Shown piece after piece: positions 25,040 through 39,300 of a stretch of DNA of 64,000 nucleotides (within the stretch, counting starts at the first letter, position 1; each line of letters opens with the position of its first letter). A model generated the notes under the pieces. That model did not search any database. It had not been told where the DNA came from and worked only from the letters and a program-made list of their open reading frames with translations. The DNA comes from Adineta vaga. Lineage: Eukaryota; Animalia; Rotifera. The stretch covers positions 10,726,001 through 10,790,000 of the forward strand of contig CP075496.1 in the NCBI GenBank assembly GCA_021613535.1. The letters run 5' to 3'. The position numbers were made by a program, and so were the translations under genes.

Positions 25040-26577
25040 TCAATCGTTGCTGATGGGAACAATTGACCAAGTTGAATTTATTGGTGAGATTTTTCGAGGA
25101 CTAGAGCAAACAAAAATGTTCTTTTAACTAAAAGAAATAACTTTGTCTAAAATTACCGTTTTTGTAATTTATTTTTCGATTTTCGACCAGTTAATTTCTT
25201 CTTTGTCGAACTTGAAAATTCAAGAAAAAAAAAGTTACTTAACAGTAGTCGAATTCACCTTACCTGCTGATTGTTGATGTTGCCATCAGTTGGAATGCCG
25301 GTGTATTTGGTGCAAGATTCTCTAAGCCATACACTTGTTTTAATACTTCATATCGTTCACATAGACCACAAAGACGCGGACATTCCAATGGTACATTAAC
25401 AGCAATACAGGATGCAACGGATTGATATGGACATGGAGGCAGGACAGAGCAATTTACTATGAAGAATAAATGTTTAATAGATTCATTTTGAGTGAAAAAT
25501 AGAAATGAAATTTTACAGTGTTCACATTGTGAACCAGTTGCATATGTTGAACATTGGCATTGACAAGTTTTTAGATTTAGAGTACCATTATATAGACATA
25601 CTTTACCTTGACAATCTGAAAAGGATATTTTATCTACTTTAATAAATTACAAATTGAATGACAATTACCATTTAAAGGTTGATCTTCAATTCCTTGATCA
25701 TAGGGTCTGTATAAATTGCTGTTTAACTGTCTAGAACATGTTATCATGTGTTTTTGTTAGTCAAGAGTTTATTTGAACTTACCCCGTAACATAATTACAT
25801 ACATAAAAAGGCCATTTCATATTGTAGAGTTCAGAAGGTGGACACATTGTAGCTGCACAACCAACTAATACTACTGAATGCCAAATCATCTACATTGAAA
25901 ATGAAAATTCTTACTTTTTTTTTCAAGAAGCATTACTATTTTGACTTACCTGTGTATAGTGGCCGACAATACCAGTAGCTGGATAACCATGAAAATAATA
26001 TTCTTTTTCTTCAATCCAACCATCAATGGCTTGTGTCCAATTTTCATATCCCATAGCTAAATTTTGTCCAGTTGAAAGAGGAATTCCTATATTATAGATT
26101 GAATTTTATCTAATAAAATGAAACTTTCGTATATAAGCTACTTGGTACATTGCGTTGGCTGGCTTTATCATGAGCAAATATACATCCACGAGCATAGCGA
26201 AGAGCTATTTCTGCTAAATCATCATTCCAATACTATTCAATTATTGAATATTAGATCTTTACATATTTATATTCATACAAACTAAATCTCCATACCATTT
26301 TTTCTATATTGGTTCCACGAACAAGTCGCCGTTCATGATTATGCATTTCAAGAATCGCTGTACGTTCATTTAGACTAACTGGTTGATCAATTACATTTGG
26401 AAAAGGTTGCGAGCAATATGAATGATTTTCATCCGTTACATAGTATTCAGATGGACACAATTCTAAATTGTTGATCAATAAAAATGATAAATTTGGAAGA
26501 AAAAATTCTTCTTTTACCATAAGATTTGAGAAGATAAGATAATAATAAACCATAAGTGAATATCGCAGACATGTCAT
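25040..26577 (-). CDS. CAP/SCP (CRISP-like) secreted cysteine-rich protein with EGF-like and ShKT-like modules and a basic tail, multi-exon
   Basis: Hydrophobic N-terminus; AILEMHNHERR; YWNDDLAEIA; TGQNLAMG..WTQAIDGW; VGHYTQ|MIWHSVVLVGCA..FYVCNY (CAP signatures); CQGKVCLYNGTLNLKTCQCQC..TGSQCE (EGF-like); CPRLCGLC (ShKT-like end). Stop TGA at 25042-25040. Confidence 0.85.
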
Positions 26578-27300
26578 AGAAATTCAAATGAATGATCACA
26601 AAACAAAACTAGTAACTATTCGATATTTCTCTCGTTTTAGTTTATTCTCGCATTATCAATGTCACGTACACAACAATTAAATTCAAATGGATATGTTTAT
26701 ATGACAAAGTATTTGATAACATGATTCATCATATGAGAAAAAATGATATTAGCATATATATCATCATCATTCTCATTCAATTGATTCAAAGAATGGAATG
26801 TGTTTACGAAAATTATGAATCAGACGAAAACTATTCGATGAGAAATTTCTTAGTTCAAATTCAAATATGCATATATATATATATATTTATCTATTGTCCT
26901 GATCCACCCGTAGTTTTTTTCCTTGTTTATAATAACAGAAAGAAATGAACAGAAATCCAACATCATTGCAAAGAGCAAAGGAAAGATAAGATAAAGATGA
27001 ACACAACAAGAGAAAGAAAAGAAACGTAGTTGATATTCAGCTAAAAAATGAACAAGAGAGAAGGAAAATGCAAGAACATACGAGAGTAAAAGAAAAACAT
27101 AAAACCAAGCGTCACTCTGAGCACACATTTCAGAGATCTAAACACGAGTGAATGATGATAAATGTATGAGAGCGAGAAATAGATGGAGAACAAAATCGTG
27201 ACTAGGATGATAAAAGAAGAGGAAAAAAATAGAACATAGATGAATGAAATAGCAATAATAATAAAGGTAATGAAATTGATAAGAAAATGTCTTTGGTTGA

Positions 27301-30300
27301 TTAGGAATTCTTAGTTGGTGCAGATCCATTGGTTGTCTTTTTATGTCGAGTAACAGGTAATGGAAGTTTACTTGGTCGTCGCTGTTGGGCAGAAGATGTC
27401 GATGCAATAGAATGTTCGGAAAGAACACTTTCACGACTGGATGTTCGGCTCAATGTTGACGCATTTGGAGTAAAAGAAGCAACGAGTACTGGTATATGTG
27501 ATGGTCTTGCTTCGGAATCACCTATTTCAAAATAATATCAATTAAAATATATACTTTTCGTTGAAAATGAATTGATTCTTACTAAGTAAATGTGGTGATG
27601 TGGAAATATCATCACCTGATGCAGATAGATCTCCAATTGATGAAGAATTTGTTGCTGTTTGTTGTTGAATAAAAGAATTAATTGATGAAGTTCGTCGAGA
27701 TTTATCTTTTGATCCCTATGAAATTGAACCATAATTAAATATATCAGTAAGAATGCAATCCAAGTATTTACTCGACTGGGTGTTAGAACTGGTGATTGTT
27801 TAGCTGCTGCTACTGCTGCTGCTGCAGCTGCTAATTGTTGTTGATGAAAAAGACATGTTGGTCGATGAACCGTAACAAGTCGTGGTTTGAATAAGGTCAT
27901 TGTTTGTGCTACACCATCACGTAAAGCATAATTTTCTGGATGTAATTCATAATTTGTACGACCTTTAGCTAAAAAATACGAATAAAATTAGTTATAATTT
28001 CAATAATAAAACCATCTAGCGCAAACATAGACAACAAACACAACACAACAAATCGTGCTAACACCTACTGTCACCTGATTGATATTCTGGCACATAATAA
28101 AGACGTCCTGCAATAAGTGATTAGACAGAGAAGCAAAGCAAGATAAAGCACACATGAAATTTTCAAGGAAGAAAAACGAAGAAACGAAGGTACCTGCAGC
28201 AACAGTCGCCAAAAATCGACTGTAGACATGCATGCCTGTATAGAAGATGATTTAAAATTGTAAAATATACTACAAAGATTTTTTTGTTTGATCTTTTGAT
28301 ATTCAGATTCATATCTGTAAAATGATATCGATAACGTAATCTAGTTTCTCAAAAAAAGATTTTTAATCATTTAGTCTCTGAAAATCGTCTCCAGTAAAAC
28401 TTCGGCAATCGTATATGTATGTTAAAATAAGTTCAATTTGAATACAACTTACCTCGACATGGATCGTGTCGGACAAGAAATTCATCCAATGCCGTCCAAC
28501 CACCTCCAACTCGAACCATAACTGTTGATCGAAGTATTCGAACGAGACGAAGACTTTGTGATTCACCAAACTAAATATCGAAACATATTTCAATTGCAAT
28601 AAAAGATCGAAATCATGTTCATTTTACTCGATATCGTCCTTCTGCAACTTGCTGCACATCGTATTTCTTTGAACATGTACATAATGAAGCTTGTCGATTA
28701 ACTTCACTTTTAATCCTATCAATATCTGTGACATCTGGTCGAATATCCTATGGAAAAACAAAGAAGAATATTTTTTGAACATTCCAATCGATAAATTTCT
28801 CATATTTCGAAAGTACTTTTTTAGCATCTTGAAATGCTTTTTGTAATTCTTTTGTTCGTTCAGTTGTTCGCGCTAGGATTTTTTGCCAACGTGTTTGTAC
28901 AGCAATTAAAGAATTTCTTATATAAATCGAATCAGGTTTGGGTGAAACAAATTTTAAATGTGTTGCTAATTTATCTAAATCAATTAGATGTTCTTTATAT
29001 GTTTGTAATTGAATTTGAAAAAATTTATGATCATCAATTTGTTTTAATAAAGTTTGAATTAAACCAAAACGACGTTGAACTGGTTTTTGATGATTTAAAT
29101 AACGTTCAGTATCATTTAACCATTCCGTAAATTTTTGTAATGTTGAATGAAATAGTTCGATTGACTGAGCCAATTCAATTAATTCTTGACCTTTTGTTAA
29201 TGTTCGTTGTTTAACATCGATTAAACGTTCTAAATTTCAAAGAAAAAGATTTTCAAGATAAAAATTCATTGTGTTTGTTTTGTTTTATTACTTTTTAAAT
29301 CGATTATTTGTTGAATATTATTCTCATTGGAAAATTCTCGATTGATTTCAATTTCAATATTTTCTAAACGTTCAACAAGTAATGGAAACTTTGTATTTAT
29401 CGTACTATCATTGACTTGTTTATCAATCACATCAAGTTCACGATAAATATGATCGATCGTTTTTTGTTTTAATTTCATTTTTTCTAATTTATTTTCTAAA
29501 TAATTGTATTTATCTGTTGCTTGTTTGAGTAAATCTTCCCATTGTTTATTAATTGATTGAAATAAATTTTGATGTTCACTTGAACTTTGTTTTAATTGTT
29601 CAATATCATAAGATATTAATTCAATATCATTGAGAAGAATACGAAGTTTAGCAATAGATATTTCAATTTGTTTCATATCATTAAGATTTGTTGGTATAGG
29701 ACTATTTGTTAGAGCAGATAATTTCGATGAACAATCATCTAATGATCGATTTATATCAGCAATAACATCGCCAACACGATTTTGATGAAGTGCTGTTTCA
29801 TAAACAAGAGTTTTACTAAAAAAATTAAAATCAGATGAATATTTGAAAAGAAAGGTATTTACTGTTCTTGAATTTTGCCATTTAATTCAGTCCATTTAGA
29901 ATCAATATTTATCAATTGTTCTTCAACAAGATTTGTTTTTTGATTTTCGTCCATATCATGTTGATCTTGTTGAATTTTTCCATCGCTTCGTTGTTGTTTA
30001 TGTTGTTCAATATCTGTATAATCTTGTTTTAAATTAACAATATCTAAATATTTACAATCTAAATGTTCTTTATATGTTCGTATACGATCAAATTCATCAG
30101 TATCATTAACTGATGTTGGAATTGATGTATCATCAAACCATGTGGAAACACGTTCTAATTTTGAATTAAATTCAGCTGATTCAAGCATTGCTTGTTGTAA
30201 TTCATGTTCACATGTTTCAAAATTTGTTTGAATACGATTCCATTCTTGTTCTAATTCCTGAAGATTAAGTTGTAGTTCATCACTTTCTTCAGGATTATTT

Positions 30301-33300
30301 GCAATTAATGTTAACAATTGTGCACTTTGTTCGTGAAGAATTTCATGAAATTTCGTTTGTTGAACTGAAAATTCATTAACTAGTTGATTATATTTTTGTT
30401 TTTCACGTTCGATATGTTCACGTGATGTTGAACGTGGACGAATTTCTAATAATTGTTTTTCAACATTATTAAGAAATGATGAAAGTTCTGAATGTTGTGT
30501 CCAAAATGTATTCGCACATGCTTGAGTTAAGAGAAGATTCTCCGTACGAATATCATTAGCTTGTTTCATTATTGACCAATGTTCATTCAAAAGATTAAGT
30601 TTTTCATCAAGAGCTAAGAAGAAGAAGAAGAAACATATTCGAAAGTATTCCTATTTTCTTGTAAACTAACCTTTAATGGAATCGGTATCTTGTGAATTTG
30701 GTATCATTTGTTTTAATGTGTCAATATTTGAATGTAATTGATCTAATACAATTTTACGTCGTTCTAATTCACTTTGTACGGCAACATTATCAAGTAATTG
30801 TTCATTTAATTTAATAGGTTGAGTTGAAATGATATCTGTTGCTGATGATACTAATAATTCGGATAATTCATTCATTGCAATATCAGTTTCTTCGATATGA
30901 TGTCGAAGTTCAGCTGTTAATTCATTTGCTATCATTGGAGAAAGCTGAAACAAGAAATAATCATTATTATTGTCTGCATTTTTAATAATATTTCATCTTA
31001 CTGTATCTTGTTCTCGTACGACAGTTGCTGCTGTTGCGGGCGTAGGTGTTGGTGTTGGTGTTGTTATTATTGTTGGTGATATGGGTGATGGTTGAGGTTG
31101 AGCAATAGTATCGAGATTGGTTTTAGTTTTAACTGTTAAATTGTCATAATGACGATTGATAGCTTCTAATGAGCGTTCAATTTGATTATCGGTATCATCA
31201 TTTAAATTTGTTGCTGAACTTTGTAATAAAAGTTCACCTTTTTGATTTACTAATTCAATTTGTTCATAAATCTTTTCTAAATCATTATTAAAACTTTTTA
31301 ATTCATTTTCATTCATCGTTTCAAATTGTTGTTGTCTTTCATTCAATGAGCTTGTTAAATCATTTGATAATTGTTGAAATTCACGTAGATCTTCTTGATG
31401 CAATTGAATATAATCAAGTGTATCAAGAATATATTCAACATATTCCGACCATGATTTATCTAAATAACAAAAAAAAACAATCGAGAAATGCTACAATTAT
31501 TTTGTATTCTATCTTACCAATGAAAGCGACTTCATTTTGAATAGGTTCAACATCGACATATCGTTCAGCAGTATTGATTAAAATCAAACCAATTGTTTTA
31601 TATTCGTCAATACTTGAAGACATCCCTTTGAGTTGATCAGCAATACTCTATTTACAATAAATCAAAAGTTTAATCTATATTTACACAAGATTCCAAAAAA
31701 GTTGTGTATGAAATACTGATATCTACATTCCAGGCTTGTCTTAACGATATTTCCTCTATGAAAACTATTCTCGTTCTATCATGCTGTCAGTAGTAATGAG
31801 TATCTTTGTACGATTAACTGATTTCAATGTCATAGACAAGATCGAGTGGTAGCTATTCATATAGATGAGTTTGCTCATTCTGTGAAACTTACTTTATATT
31901 TCTGTAACATTGCCTCGATTTGTTGATTATCTAATGGAAGTATTGTATTTTCTTCTAATGTTACTAATTCTTTTGCTTTTTCAATTGTATTTTCTGCTTT
32001 TTGTTTAGCTATTTGATATTTATCTGTTTGTTGTTGAATTTTGTCTAAGATTTCTATATGTTGAAGAATTCTTTCTTTCATTGAAATATAATTTTCAATT
32101 AATTCATCAGTTTGTCGTTGAAATACTTTTGTTATATTCGAATGTTCATTGATTTGTTTTGTCAATTTCAATTGTTCATATAAATTAATCAAATTATTCG
32201 ATGAATAAAAATGAATCAATTGTTGATTTAATGTTTTCAATTGTTCAATTGGCATTTTCGAATGTTCATCTAATAATTGTTTACATGATGTTATAGTTAA
32301 TTCATTCGGATATTGTTTCAATAGACGATCAGTCGATAATAACCATTCTTGTAAAATATTCTTTTTTGCTTCATATTCATTTAAAATTTCTTGTCGATGA
32401 GAAAGAATTGATTTTAAATCATTTTGGAATCTTTCATATTGTTTTCTATATTCATTAACTTGAGTTTGATATTGAAGAATTTCATTTTTATCTTCAATAT
32501 GATCAGTTTCAAGAAGATCTTTGATTAATTGTTCATAGAATTGATGATCAATCGGTGTTTCATTATCATTATTTAACAACAATTGTAAAGTAGAAAAATT
32601 TATATCATCATTATGTTCGATATGTTCACTATATAGACGTAAACGTTTCGAATAATTTTCAATTAAATGACCATGTTCCAAGTGAAATTCATTCAAACGT
32701 GTTGATAAACGATTAATACGTTCATTGTATTGGTTTGCTTGTTCTTCCAATGAATGTAACTGTTGATTAAGTGATTTTAAAGTATTTTTATCTTCAATAT
32801 CTAATAATTGCTCGAGATTAACAGTTGTATTGATATCAGAATCAAATGAATGACGACGTGTACGCAATTGTGCATGATAGTGACGAAATTGTATGATTTG
32901 TTCATCAAGTTTCGAACGTTTTAAAGATAAGGGTTTTGAGAATATTTCATTGGAAGTATCCGAATCTTCAATATAAGTTTGTAACCAATGATTTAATTCT
33001 TCAATACGTTCTTTAATAGTTTGACGTTCATGATTATAACGTTCTAATAATTCAAAATTATGCATTAAACCTTGTTGAGCTTGTTCATATCGTTGTGTAT
33101 GTGAATCAAGTAATGTACAAAGCTAAACATAAAGGAAAACAATAACAGATGATATAATTTCTTTTCACCTTCATCAGAGATGTTTTTTTTCTGTTCTACA
33201 GAGTTGCCCGAAGGCATATGAGGAGAGTCATCCGACGAAATCGTTTTCTTTTTCTTAGCAGCTCGACAAGGATGTTAATATTAGGAAAGCAAAAAAATTG

Positions 33301-36300
33301 TTTTTCTGTCTGATATCGAGGAAGAAAAAAGGAGAGGAAAAACTAGAGAACGAAAGAAAAAATTATACATATATGAAGAGTTGATATATATATACATGTA
33401 CTATTTAACTTACATGTTCCTTGATTTGATTTTGAATATGATTACTTGATGACATGATAGGTGATGGTGAAGCTGGCTCGTGAGTAGCAAGCATACTTAA
33501 TTTGTCCAATTGCTGTTGAACGTTGAGAAGTAAAACTTGTAATGCGTTATCGTCCTATGAAAGTTTTGTTTTTAATGAAGAAAAAAATATGAAATAAATA
33601 TGTTATTGGAAAAATGTTTACTTGTTGTTTGTTGTCGATCGAGGTTAGATTTTGATCGAATTCATTCATTGATTTAAGAACTTGTTCGTTCAAATGATTG
33701 ACTTCGTTATAGGTGATTAAATATCGTTCACATTGATCGGATATTTGTTTGGAACGTTTAAGAAAATCGGAATAATTTGTAGTTAAATTATCGAAACGTT
33801 GTTGAAGTTGTTTGTACATATTAGCAGATTTACCACCATCTGTATTTCCAGTTGCTTGTTCAAAATCTTGAATTGTAGAATCAATTGATTGTAATTGATC
33901 TTGTAATGATGTAATTTCAGGTTGTAAGTGGATTGCAGTATTTAGAATTGTTTTAAACTTTTTACTATCATCATCTAATGTTGATAATTGAAGAGTTTTT
34001 TGCATTTCTTTATCATTCGTATCGAGCCATTCAGTTAAATGAGCGTGTTCATTATTGAATTGATCCGTTTGAATTACAAATCGTTCGATGATATTGCTCA
34101 AACCACTATTGATATCAGAAATCTAATTTTAAAGAAAAAGAAACAATGATTACGATCTTTGAAATGTTTAATGTCTTACTTCAACTCGTTTTTCTTCAAG
34201 ATCTTGACTCAATGTTGCAAGTTGAGGATTGACTTCATTTGCTCGTTCGACAAGATGATTGATCGCTGCCTTTTCCTTTTCCACATTTGTATGTATTGTC
34301 TAAAAAAAAAGCAACCAAATTTAAATGTATTTTTTTGTTCTTTATTTTTCTTAACATACTTTTATCTGATCAACATTTGCACGCAATTCATTCAAATTGT
34401 CAGTTAGATAAACATATTGATTCAATTGATCATGTAAAGATGTTAAACGAATAGCAACCGTATGCATATCATGAATAACACGATTATCATCATTCTAAAT
34501 ATACGAAGAAAAAAAAGGAATTGAATGTGAAAAAATAACTATTTGTATTTATTATTAACGAAAACATGCATAGAACGAGCAGCGTTTAATTATTTCAAAA
34601 TAGAATTTGATTTTTACTTGAAATTACTATGATTGAAGAATAATAATTTTTTTTCTAAGTGAAATCGATCAATATGAAACTAGAAAGAATCGCTTATTTA
34701 TCAGCGTACATACGAGTTAAACGATCTATTAGAGTTAGAATTTTATTTTGTGTATATTGGTTAATGGAATGATTGAAATAAAAATAAAGATGTAAAATAT
34801 TTTACCTGATTGGATTCCACATTATCTTCTATTTTTGATGAGCGATCAACATCATCATCTGGTTTTTTGTCTAGTTTAGAGTCCGTAAGAAATTGTGTTG
34901 GAATAAATGAATATAATGAATCTTCATCGTAACCACCTTGTTTCTTTTCAAATTTAGATTCTATAACAGATTGTGTTGGAATAAATGAATGTAATGAGTC
35001 TTCATCAAAACCATCTTGCTTTTTGTCAAGTTTAGATTCTGGAAGTAATTCTGTTCGAATAGAAGATTTTGAGAGATCTTCACCTACATCATTTTGTTTC
35101 TTCTCAGATTTAGATTCTGGAAGCGATACTGTTGGAATAGAAATATGTAATGGATCTTCATCATCACCGCTTTGCTTTTTGTCAAGTTTAGATTTTGAGA
35201 GATCTTCACCTACATCATTTTGTTTCTTCTCAGATTTTGATTCTGGAAGCGATACTGTTGGAATCGGAGTATGTAATGGATCTTCATTATCACCATTTTG
35301 GTTATTACCAACTTTATATTCTGGAGGTGATTCTATTCGAATAGAATCATTCAAGAAATCGTCATCGCTATCATTCTGTTTGTTGTTAAGTGTAGAATCC
35401 GTAAGTGATGGCGTTGGAATCGGAGTATGTAATGGATCTTCATCATCACCGCTTTGCTTTTTGTCAAGTTTAGATTCTGGACGCGATTCTGTTCGGATAG
35501 AAGAATTCAAGAAATCTTCATCTTCATCGCTTGTACTTCCAATTTTGGATGATGATGATAATGGTTCATGGGATACTTGTGTAGCTGGTGGAACATAATA
35601 TGACATTTCAGATTTATGTCCAACAAGTTCATGAGATTTGCCATTGTCGTTAGTTATCGTCGATGACAACGGAGGTTCCTGCAATATAAAAGAGATTATT
35701 ATTGCAATTTTATTATAGAAAAATAGAACTATCTATCTATATATATATATATGTATGTCAATGTGAATGATCGATAAATGATATGATAGTAAACCATGCT
35801 ACACGCTAAGCTAAACACACACACACACACACGCATTGGTGGGCGATTGTGCATGCATTGTGATTGTCTTTCATGAAAACAAACATAGAGACAAGAAGTA
35901 TAGAGAATGATAATGTACGTTGAATTTCAATACTATTCTAGCGGGATAATCATTGAAAATAAATACATATATACATCTGAATCTTAGTTTCAGAGAGAAA
36001 AAGACATTTTATTTTACTTATCAAAAACTTTTATTGAAAAAAAAGTAGTTTACATTCTATTCAGTTGTTCAATCATAACATTGAGATCATTGATAGATTT
36101 GTGTAAACTTGTTTTAAATGGTCGTATAACAAGTTTGTGTCTCTTTGCGTCAAACCTCAAATTTTATTTAAGAAAATAATATAATTCTATGTCATATATT
36201 ATAATTGAACAATGAATAGAATGTAATGAATTGATATTCTAAGAAAACTTCCTCTGCATCTGAAATCGTATCTGAGACTATAAGAAACTTTAAAATATGT

Positions 36301-39300
36301 CATAGATAATCCAATTCAATCTCATACAGACTAATCTTTCTCTAGAAATATACACAGAAATTGTCAAAAAAAGTATCTAAACATTTCGATATATCTTTCC
36401 TGAAACATTATTTTCTACTTATCGAACCTAAACAACGACACACACGTTCATGAAATCGTTTTCTTCACATATAGAAATGTTTAGATACTCTTTTTAAGAA
36501 TTGCTCGAATCATTTTTCCTACCGTTATTCTAATATTATTCTAAAAACAAAATATTTTTTCTATGAAATCAAATGAAAAAACATAAAAAGCAAAATTTTA
36601 TTTATTATTCGTTCTACTTTTTAGAGAGTGATGGATAGTTCACTTTGTTTTTTTTGTTCGTATATATATATATATATATGTTCCTATATGTATATATCTT
36701 TCTCTATCTTCTTGTCTCTCTATGTTTGTTTGTTTGTTTTTTTTACGAGTCGGTTGCGCATGAAGATGAACAAAAAACATGTATACAATTGTGATAAAAG
36801 AAGAAAAGAAAGGGAAGAACACACACACGCACACTAAAAAAGAAACAAATATAATCTAAGACACAAATCAAATAAGAAACGAACATGGTGGGCTTGGAGA
36901 AGTTTTGCTCAAATACTAACACGATGATAATACAAAAAAATAAGTTCTAAACGTTTTATACACAAAACGCTTGTCATATCATAATATGAGAATAACAAAC
37001 AACAACAATAATAGTAAAAGGAGATTCTAATTATTTGCGTCAATGAAGTTCATTTTACAAAAATAGAATGTGATGATGGTAAATAATGAACAAGTGTTAA
37101 TAAATAAAAGTAATATGAGAGAAAGAACATAGAGGAAAAAGATGGTATGCTCAGATTTATCATCTGATCATAGTCATTAAGCAGACGGACGATGGATGCC
37201 ACCGAACTCACCTAGAAAGAATAAACACATATTTGTTTTATTTGATTTTATTTTTATCAAAATGATTAATTGATGCAAAAAATAAAACGGAAGAAGATGT
37301 AAGCAAGAAAACATTCTAAACACTTGTGACCATCACCGTCGCTATTAACTCACATTTTTAATATTTGATATTGTATAAGTGTGTGCGTATGAATGTTTTT
37401 TTTTCAACCATTTAACATGCATTGGTGATATTTTATGTTGTATAAACAGATGCGCATAAGTACAATTATTAAAACAAGAGAAAGAAAGATCAACAGATGA
37501 TAGAGCGTGCAATTATTAAGAGAAAAAAAACAAACAAACACACATAAGTGCATCAGATGAGCATGTTTATATATAGGATGAAATTAACTATCTGATATGG
37601 TTGGTTTTTTTTATATAATCAAACAGAGGTTATCTTACCTTGGCAGTTACTGTTGGTAAATTAGAATAATTTTGTTCTAGAATTAGAAGAAAAAGTTCAA
37701 AATGAGAATTTGAAAGGAAAACGAGTGAAATCAAATTACGTTTTTGTTGGAAACCAGATGATGAACGTCCACTTTGATATCGATTCGATGAATCATTGTT
37801 ATCATGTGTACGTATATTTGATGTTGTTGATGTACTTGAAAAATATGAATTACCACCTATTCTTCTTGATCCACCACCACCAAATCTATCATGATCTTCA
37901 TCATCATCATCATTATTTCCTCCTTTCCATCCACTTCTCCATTCATCATCTCGACATCCAACACGACTACTATTTCCCGATGGACTTGAACCTGTACGTC
38001 GTCGAATACTTCGTTTACCATTAGCAGATGTAGGACTATTAGCACGATTTTTTGCTGTAATACGATGCCAACCACCACTTCCATGAGAATCTTCATCAGC
38101 TGAATCTGGTGCACTATTATAATCAAAATGTAATGAACTTTTAGCTAATGAATGTCGTCGACGATTTCTTGATGTAATTTTCGCAGCAACTGTTTCATGA
38201 TCAGCTTTAATTGGTACAAGTGGTGCACCAACAATGGCAACAATACCATGACGTATAGCTTCACGAATCGAATAAGTTGTACGAGAATGTGAATCATAAA
38301 TTAAACCTGATTCATGATCGATTAAACCACGTTCAATTGCATCTTGTATAGAATATTCTCGGCTAGTTTTCGGATCGAATAATTTTATACGATTGTTATC
38401 AAGTAAATTTTTTCGTACAGCTTTTTCAAAACCAACAGATTCATTTTGGGCAGGAAGAAAAACTTCACCAGCATTAACATCAAATTGAGAGAATAATTTT
38501 CGATGATTATATGCTAATTCTAATGTTGTTATAACTTTATTTGAATATGAATCAACAACTTGTCCTTCATGATCAATTCGAATACCATCTAATGCTTCTT
38601 TTAATGTCATAAAACGTCCAGTAGATGGATTTTCAATAACAGTACTTTGACCATCGATCAGACCACGTTGAATAGCTTCTTTTAAATTTAATTGTTCACC
38701 ACTATGCGGATGTTTATACGAACCAGTACGAAGATTTAATAAACCACAACGTATGGCATCTTCAACATTCATACGATGTAGTTTTGATTCGACTAATTGT
38801 GCACGATATAAACTCATTTTGGCTGGATTCAGTTTACCACCATCACGACGATTGATTAAACCAAGTGAAAATGCATCATAGAGTGTTATTGGTCCTTGTT
38901 CACTATCTGCAAATGCAACACCATTTACATGAATATGACCACGTTCAATAGCTTCCATTAATGTCATATAATGTTCAGTAGCTGGATCACGGAATGTACC
39001 TACGAAAAAAAAAACAGAAGAGAATTAGTTGAGACAAAATCGTCAGATCAATAGACGAAATTCGAACCTGTTTCAGGAACATAAAAACCGAGTCGAATGG
39101 CATTTTGCATTGATAAACCTAATGGTTTACGTTCTACATGTTCACTTATATCAGCTTGAATTAAATTTCTATTCACAGCTTCTTGAATAGACATGATTTC
39201 ACCCGTTGCAAAATCTGTATAAGTTTTCGCTTCTGTATCAATCATTTGATTTTTAATAGCAACAGCACCTGATTCCAAACGATCTAATGCATTATTTTGA

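Noticed and set aside
33168-33310. Relatively GC-rich segment in a spectraplakin intron that looks exon-like
   Set aside because: The most protein-like frame ends in phase 1 while the flanking exons are phase 0. A 27-nt phase-0 micro-exon is possible but unsupported.
35023-35598. 191-aa repetitive ORF on the + strand
   Set aside because: It is the antisense shadow of the spectraplakin repeat exon. It has a TTG start and no independent splice or promoter support.
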